From: a virus
Taxonomy: Duplodnaviria > Caudoviricetes
IMG/VR virus record: IMGVR_UViG_2791355164_000001
Span: 26,242 to 90,241 of that record
Strand: one strand, 5' to 3'
DNA: 64,000 nt
Shown piece by piece: positions 58,574-64,000 of this stretch. Positions within the stretch are counted from its first letter, which is position 1. The number at the start of each line of letters is the position of its first letter. Under the pieces are notes generated by a model. The model saw only the letters and a list, made by a program, of their open reading frames with translations. It was not told the DNA's origin and did no database searches. The position numbers were made by a program, and so were the translations under genes.

Positions 58574-59061
58574 TCGGTAACTGTGCCACCAGCATCACGA
58601 TAGGCAGTCAGCAGCGTTTCGATAGCGTGCGTTTTCTGACCATATGGCGAGCCGGTGAGCGACGCCCAGATATCGTTAGTTTTGCCAATGGCCGTGCGGA
58701 TTCGTCCGGCGTGGACGTCGGCATACGCGCCCTGCTCTTTCAGCAGCTGGTCAAGCAAGCGCTCCTGTGACGCGGGGCTGAAGTCGGGCAGTTTCAGCTG
58801 TTTTTTGTAGACCGGCCAGTAGCGGTAAAGCTGCTGATATCGGCCTGCTGCAGTCGAGGCCAGACCATGCTTATTGAGCACTTTAGCGCGGCGGTTTGAG
58901 AACGGGTGATCGGTGAAGTCGGTAAAGATTTCGCCCAGCTTGTCGCCCAGCCCGGTCACGATAACGTCATAGCCACGCATGCGGGTTAACGGGTGAGTAC
59001 TGGTGCCTTCTGAGAACGCCAGCATGTCGCCAAAGGCTTTACGGTTTGCGGATTGCTCCAT
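58570..59061 (-). CDS. lyz: Endolysin (lambda R-type lysozyme)
   Basis: AFSEGT, GYDVIV, STAAGRYQ, DFSPASQ, IWASL.G. Confidence 0.9.
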   Translation of the reverse strand: MEQSANRKAFGDMLAFSEGTSTHPLTRMRGYDVIVTGLGDKLGEIFTDFTDHPFSNRRAKVLNKHGLASTAAGRYQQLYRYWPVYKKQLKLPDFSPASQERLLDQLLKEQGAYADVHAGRIRTAIGKTNDIWASLTGSPYGQKTHAIETLLTAYRDAGGTVTD

Positions 59062-59093
59062 TGTGATACCACTCTGTAATGATTGAGAGCGGG

Positions 59094-59115
59094 ACTGTAT
59101 GGAGTTTGTAATTTG
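59094..59115 (-). promoter_or_regulatory. Putative late promoter for lyz
   Basis: CAAATTACA-N7-TACAGT. Confidence 0.7.
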
Positions 59116-59341
59116 TAGTGGGAAGAAAGGCCGCATGGTGCGGCCATTGTGTGTTAGCTCATAGCGGGCATTAAGCACCCACAGTCCGCTCTGTGACAGA
59201 AGCGGTTTTTACTACCATTTCTTAATAAGGGAATTCTAAAGAAAAAACGACTAAAACGGAGGGTTTAATTAAATTCTGATATTTCCATTCGTGCATTTGA
59301 ACGATAAAGTCAATGTAAATTTTTCTCTGAATGGGGTGAAG

Positions 59342-60217
59342 ATGAGGTTATCACGGTCACTATGCAAAGTTGTTGGGGACGTTATTGCTAACACTGCGTC
59401 TCATGAAGCAATCGAATCATTATTTTACTCTGTGGGCGCTCGTGGTGAACCACCAAAAGGAGCTCATGATACTAAGTGGAAGAACTGGTTATACCTCACA
59501 GGTCAGGATAAGGAGGTTGATAGCCTATCTGTGTTAGGTGGGGTGATTGAAGAGTTTATGGATCTTCCTCCGAAACAAGGAAGCCCCGAGTATATTGAAT
59601 GGTCTGAAAAAAGAGAGGGTGTCGAAGCCGCGTTACATGATAATGGTTTTCAATATTATCGTTTTGGCCGCATTTTACCTTTGGGTCACATCCCTGCAGA
59701 TGATATCCCATATGAAGAGACTTTAAGAATTAGTCAGCAGCCAGTTATTCCTCAGAAAGTGGAAGCTTTGCTGGAAAGGTTGGTTAGAGGTTTGCAACGT
59801 GCTATGCACCCTCTCACACACCGAAGAAAAGGAAGCCAGAATTTAACGTTTAGCAATGAATATGATGTGCAAGATTTACTTCATTCATTATTGAGACCTT
59901 GGGTTCAAGATATACGCCCAGAAGAATTTACTCCTAGCTATGCTGGTTCTAGCACTAGGATGGATTTTCTTTTGCCTGCGCATAGTCTTGTTCTTGAAAC
60001 AAAAATTGTAAGAGACCGTACTCATGCCAAAAAAATTGGCGATGAGCTTATAATTGATATTGAACATTACAGACGGCATAGTGAATGCAATAATTTATGG
60101 TGTATCGTATATGACCCAAACAAATATATAACTAATTCACAAGGATTTAAAACTGACCTGGAAGGTGAACGATCAAGTAAAGATGGAAAAGTCTTGGTGA
60201 AAGTATATGTGATCTAG
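59342..60217 (+). CDS. PD-(D/E)xK nuclease, DpnII/MboI-like REase domain (putative defence gene)
   Basis: NEYDVQD, EEFTPSYAG, RMDFLL...LETK, DIEHY, VYDP; AT-rich. Confidence 0.75.
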   Translation: MRLSRSLCKVVGDVIANTASHEAIESLFYSVGARGEPPKGAHDTKWKNWLYLTGQDKEVDSLSVLGGVIEEFMDLPPKQGSPEYIEWSEKREGVEAALHDNGFQYYRFGRILPLGHIPADDIPYEETLRISQQPVIPQKVEALLERLVRGLQRAMHPLTHRRKGSQNLTFSNEYDVQDLLHSLLRPWVQDIRPEEFTPSYAGSSTRMDFLLPAHSLVLETKIVRDRTHAKKIGDELIIDIEHYRRHSECNNLWCIVYDPNKYITNSQGFKTDLEGERSSKDGKVLVKVYVI

Positions 60218-60263
60218 GATGCATCCATAATTAATATCAACTAAAAATCTATGAGGCATAAAA

Positions 60264-60563
60264 ATGACAGATTACATCTATAATTCTCAAGGAAAAGCCG
60301 TAGGGTTTATCCGTGGAAAATACATACATGGTATGAACGGCAATGCCGTCGGCCAACTTCATGCAACACATGTATATAAACTCTCTGGTCAATACATTGG
60401 GGAACTTCATGAAAGCATGATCCTAAACAAGCACATGGGTAACTTAGGAAACATCGGTAATCCGGGAAATCCTGGCAATTCCGGAAGGCCAGGTAATCCT
60501 GGTAATCGGGGTGCACGCAATTATGGATTTCCAGATGTCTCAATGCATCTATTTGATCAGTAG
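60264..60563 (+). CDS. Small beta-repeat (beta-flower-like) protein with GNP repeats
   Basis: YIYNSQGKAVG / HGMNGNAVG / YKLSGQYIG repeats. Confidence 0.6.
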   Translation: MTDYIYNSQGKAVGFIRGKYIHGMNGNAVGQLHATHVYKLSGQYIGELHESMILNKHMGNLGNIGNPGNPGNSGRPGNPGNRGARNYGFPDVSMHLFDQ

Positions 60564-60684
60564 TGATGACATCAATCGCTGACGTCCGCTTCTCGCTCAA
60601 AGCAGACGGCCAGATTTAATGATGCGCAGCCAGTGAAAACCGTCAGCTCAAGCCAGAGCTGACGCATATTATTAACCAGTAAAA

Positions 60685-62061
60685 TTAGTTCGTTACTGGC
60701 GCCCTGACAGCCTCAAACATGGCAAAGTTGAGCCCCTTGCCTTCGCCAAACTCCTCCTCAATTTCTCCTGATACAGCTGTCAGCACGTCATTCAGCGTCA
60801 GCTCACCGCCGCCGAACATATCACCCAGCGCCTGCTGCTGGTGTAACAGCTCGTCGTTGATCTTCTGCGCCATCTTTTTAAACGCTGCGCCAATCCGCTT
60901 CGCGCTGCGGTTGTTGGCCACGATAAACAGCGCCAGGGCTTCGGCCTCTATACTGGCCTCCTCAAAGAGCCCCTGCTGCGCCAGCACTTCCTGTATCGCC
61001 TGCCCGCTGTCTTTCGCCTGGCGCACCAGCTTAATTGCCTCCTGTAGCGCAGCTATCGCCTGCTGATCCAGCCCGTTCACCGACTGCACGCCGTCCACCA
61101 GCCCAGTAACCGCCTGGCGGTGAACGTCACCGGAGAGCGTCTGCATCTGCGCAAACTCACTGGCAGCGGTATTAAGCGCCGTCAGGATGTTGCGCATATC
61201 CGGATCGGGTTCCTCAGATACCAGCTTTACCAGCCGTTCATCCTTATAGGCGCGGGCAAAGATCGCATTCTGAATGCGGTCAATCAGCTGCTTTGTCGGG
61301 CGCCCGTCGTCAGTCAGCAGGCCTGCTGTTGCCGTGTCGCCTATCTCTTTCATGAATGCCCGGATAAAGCCGTCATTTGAGCGCGCCAGCAGGTTGCCGT
61401 CATCGGACGGATTGAAGATGGCCATTAGGCGTTCGTCGAGCATTTCCGCATCCACAAACGCCTTTTCGCTCGCCGCCATTTCCTGCAGATCGGAGAGGTT
61501 GGAATCCTTCGCAAACTGCGCCCGGTCAACGTCCGTCAGGCGCTCGCGCACCAGCACGGGCATATCCATCTGCGCGATATCCGACGCCTTCAGGCCATAG
61601 TCTTTCGCGTGCTCAATCAGGTACTGGCGGTATTCATCGGCCTGCCCCTGCTCATAGGCGCGCGTGATCCCCATTGAGCGCCCGTTGCCTGACTCCACCA
61701 CGTTATCCGCGCCCACGATTGGCGCGCCGTGGCTGCTCATGCCGGAATCGGTCAGCTTCGCCGGCCGCAGGTTGCCCGCAATTTTTGAAACCTGCACTTT
61801 ACTGGTCAGGCGCGTGCGGTCGCGCGGCTGCAGCTCTGCCGGGAACGCCGGATTAATTGTACCGTCGAGGTTGTTTGAGATAATCAGGTCGCGGGCATCC
61901 ACTACCTTAAACGCAGTTTTCACTTCCTGACCTTTGCCCGTCACGACGTAGGATGATCGCCCGGTTTGGGTCTCTGTTTTGCGCAGTGAACCCACGAGCC
62001 CAATCAGGGCAAATATGCTGCCGGCGTCGCCCAGCAGGCTCTTTAATTTCTCGTTAAGCAT
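60685..62061 (-). CDS. ddrB: DdrB-like protein (ParB-like domain)
   Basis: ELQPRDR, GAPIVG, VESGNGR, PVLVRER; downstream of darA/ddrA. Confidence 0.75.
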   Translation of the reverse strand: MLNEKLKSLLGDAGSIFALIGLVGSLRKTETQTGRSSYVVTGKGQEVKTAFKVVDARDLIISNNLDGTINPAFPAELQPRDRTRLTSKVQVSKIAGNLRPAKLTDSGMSSHGAPIVGADNVVESGNGRSMGITRAYEQGQADEYRQYLIEHAKDYGLKASDIAQMDMPVLVRERLTDVDRAQFAKDSNLSDLQEMAASEKAFVDAEMLDERLMAIFNPSDDGNLLARSNDGFIRAFMKEIGDTATAGLLTDDGRPTKQLIDRIQNAIFARAYKDERLVKLVSEEPDPDMRNILTALNTAASEFAQMQTLSGDVHRQAVTGLVDGVQSVNGLDQQAIAALQEAIKLVRQAKDSGQAIQEVLAQQGLFEEASIEAEALALFIVANNRSAKRIGAAFKKMAQKINDELLHQQQALGDMFGGGELTLNDVLTAVSGEIEEEFGEGKGLNFAMFEAVRAPVTN

Positions 62062-62105
62062 TGTGATCCCGGTAATAAAAAACCCCGCCGAAACGGGGTT
62101 GCTGA

Positions 62106-62525
62106 TTAAGCTGCGAGGCCGCTGGCGGCTATCCAGCTGGCGGTTTGCTCTTTCGCGTCGTCCAGCGCCAGATAAACGCCGATGTAGTCACCGACTTTGC
62201 GCAGCGTCTCCACAAAATCCAGCTGTGCCTGATGCGTGAATTTCCCGGCCAGAAAGTCTTTAACCACTTCCGGGACAGGCTGATCTTCTTTAACAGGGTC
62301 AGGCTGTGGCTCCGGTTCCGGCGCCGGGGCGGGCGCTGGCTCCGGTACCGGATCGGGAGCGCTGGTGGCTGGTGCCGGCGCTGCGCCATAACCCAACTGC
62401 AGCATGATTGCTTCCATCTGGTCATTAAGATCCAGAAGGTCCAGCCCCTTTACCGTCGGGGCTTTGATAATCAGTTCGTCCAGCTGGTCGGCTAAATCCA
62501 GCTTTTCAAGGGCGGTTAACGTCAT
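62106..62525 (-). CDS. ddrA: DdrA-like protein
   Basis: Position between darA and ddrB; PEP linker. Confidence 0.55.
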   Translation of the reverse strand: MTLTALEKLDLADQLDELIIKAPTVKGLDLLDLNDQMEAIMLQLGYGAAPAPATSAPDPVPEPAPAPAPEPEPQPDPVKEDQPVPEVVKDFLAGKFTHQAQLDFVETLRKVGDYIGVYLALDDAKEQTASWIAASGLAA

Positions 62526-64000
62526 GCTGCTACCCCTTTACGCTGCACGGCCACCAGCAGATCGCTCAGGTGCTGCACCGCGCCGTTCACCAGCGCTTCG
62601 TTTTCATCAAACACGCCTGCAGCCGTCAGCGCGGCAATCGCCTCGCGCACCTGATTGCGGCCGGCGCGGATCACGTCCATGTCGTCGGTATCAAGTGAGG
62701 TCAGCCCCTGCAGGTAGTCGATCGCCTTCTGCGCTTCAGAGTCTGCTTCCGGCACGGGCTCTGGTTCCGGCTGTGGTGCTGGCTCAGGCTCTGGCTGTGG
62801 TTCTGGTGCCGGTTCCGGGGTGTTGAGTTCCTCCACCAGCGGAATACGCTTGCCGGTGATCATCGCGGTTTGTGCTGCCTTCAGATATTCAGGACTCTGA
62901 TTAGCTTCCACGTAGTCAGCCGCCTGCTTCAGCTGCTCACTGCCATAGCCCAGCGCCTCAGCCCAGGCGTTTACCAGGTCAGATGCCCAGCCCACCAGGT
63001 CGCCCAGGCGTTTAGCAGCAATCCAGAACGGGTCTGTGGTTTCACGATCGTCAGTCACGTCGGTCTCTTCTCCTTCGCCTGCTGCCAGCTGCTGCAGCGC
63101 GGCTTTGATAGCGCCCGTGAAATAGGCCTCATCTTCCCCTTCCGGATATGCCACGCCGGTCAGCTGCTTACGGGCCACCATGCGCACCTGTTTGGCGTAG
63201 GTGTCCGGATCTTCTTCTGACATTTCCAGATACTGCGCGGCGTAGTCGCTCATTTTCTCCGCCACGGTTGCGGCCAGCGCATCGAGATCCGCATGCGTCG
63301 GGATCAGCTTCAGCTCAAAGTCAGCAATCTCTTTGTCAGTCAGCGGACGGTCATAGGAAATGATGCCGTTACGGGCAACGCCGCTGTACGGCTCGCCTGC
63401 TGCTGGCTGATCCGCCACGGCGGCAAAGTTCGGCGGTACCGCCCCAATACCTGCAGGACGGTTAACCAGCGCATAGCGCCAGACGGTTGCCGGCGTAACG
63501 GGTTCCGGCTGTGGCTCAGGGGCTGGTGCTGGCTCAGGCTCCGGCTGTGGCTCTGGTACTGGCTCTGGTTCCGGCTGTGGCGCGGGTTCCGGCGCCGGGG
63601 CTGGCTCAGCAGCAACGCGGTACTTTTCCGCCGCGCCGGTGCGGTAGGCTTTCAGCATCTTTGTTGCCGTTTTACCCATCTCCGCACCCTGGCTGGATTT
63701 AGAAGGCATTTCATACGTGGTGCCGTCGGCTTCTGTGATGATCACTTTGCCTTCCAGTTCGCCGTTCTGGTCAGCGACCTGATAACGAACCGTCGCGCCG
63801 TTGCTTAGCGTGGCCTGCCCGTCCATGTTCAGGCGCGCTTTAACCTGAATAGTGCGATCGCCGAAGGTGTCCGTGTTTTCCGGCTCGCTGGCTTTTGCCT
63901 GCTGCAGCGCGGCCAGCTGCCCGGTAAGGTCGGCATTCAGCTGTTTCTGGCTGGCGAGTTTGCCGCGCAGCGTCTGCTCATTGCCCTGCATCTGCTGCGC
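62522..64000 (-). CDS. darA: DarA antirestriction head protein (5' end outside window)
   Basis: YALVNRPAGIGAVP...RNGIISYDRPLT DarA C-terminal-type motif, coiled coil, PEPQ linkers. Confidence 0.78.
   Translation of the reverse strand, partial: AQQMQGNEQTLRGKLASQKQLNADLTGQLAALQQAKASEPENTDTFGDRTIQVKARLNMDGQATLSNGATVRYQVADQNGELEGKVIITEADGTTYEMPSKSSQGAEMGKTATKMLKAYRTGAAEKYRVAAEPAPAPEPAPQPEPEPVPEPQPEPEPAPAPEPQPEPVTPATVWRYALVNRPAGIGAVPPNFAAVADQPAAGEPYSGVARNGIISYDRPLTDKEIADFELKLIPTHADLDALAATVAEKMSDYAAQYLEMSEEDPDTYAKQVRMVARKQLTGVAYPEGEDEAYFTGAIKAALQQLAAGEGEETDVTDDRETTDPFWIAAKRLGDLVGWASDLVNAWAEALGYGSEQLKQAADYVEANQSPEYLKAAQTAMITGKRIPLVEELNTPEPAPEPQPEPEPAPQPEPEPVPEADSEAQKAIDYLQGLTSLDTDDMDVIRAGRNQVREAIAALTAAGVFDENEALVNGAVQHLSDLLVAVQRKGVAA

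Noticed and set aside
62307-63610. Tandem GGCTC/TGGTTCCGG-type repeats
   Set aside because: They encode Pro-Glu-Pro linkers in DarA and DdrA.
1-64000. IS elements, integron integrase, reverse transcriptase/DGR, rRNA
   Set aside because: No transposase, RT or rRNA signatures recognised in the ORF track or sequence.

Overview
The window is about 64 kb of a P1-like (Punavirus-type) phage-plasmid, probably from Pantoea or a related Erwiniaceae host. The host guess is an inference from the pox-like recombination site. Recognisable P1-type core: dmt, the tail/baseplate block 5-6-24-7-25-26, mat, ref, an oriR/RepA iteron replicon, cre with a lox-type site, a c1-position repressor, pacB/pacA with a pac site, lpa, lxc/ulx/darB, prt, pro, lyz and ddrB/ddrA/darA. 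Gene order is rearranged relative to P1. There is no res/mod next to mat or lxc, and a ParM-type pair sits between pacA and lpa. Accessory cargo includes umuDC, rdgC, dUTPase, a pore-forming colicin-like toxin with an immunity gene, an OafA-like acyltransferase, HEPN and DpnII/MboI-like nuclease genes, and TA-like modules. The most unusual observations are: (1) a roughly 2.2 kb non-coding array of tRNA-shaped RNAs whose anticodon arms are deleted or expanded, behind a repressor-operator-flanked promoter; (2) three Tad2/DUF2829-like domains, one placed behind a C4 antisense-RNA switch; (3) a candidate type I toxin/antisense RNA pair next to the replicon; (4) a late-promoter motif (CAAATTACA-N7-[-10]) and a repressor operator motif (AWTCTAAG...) read directly from the sequence. 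All family assignments come from motif recognition and synteny, not database searches.
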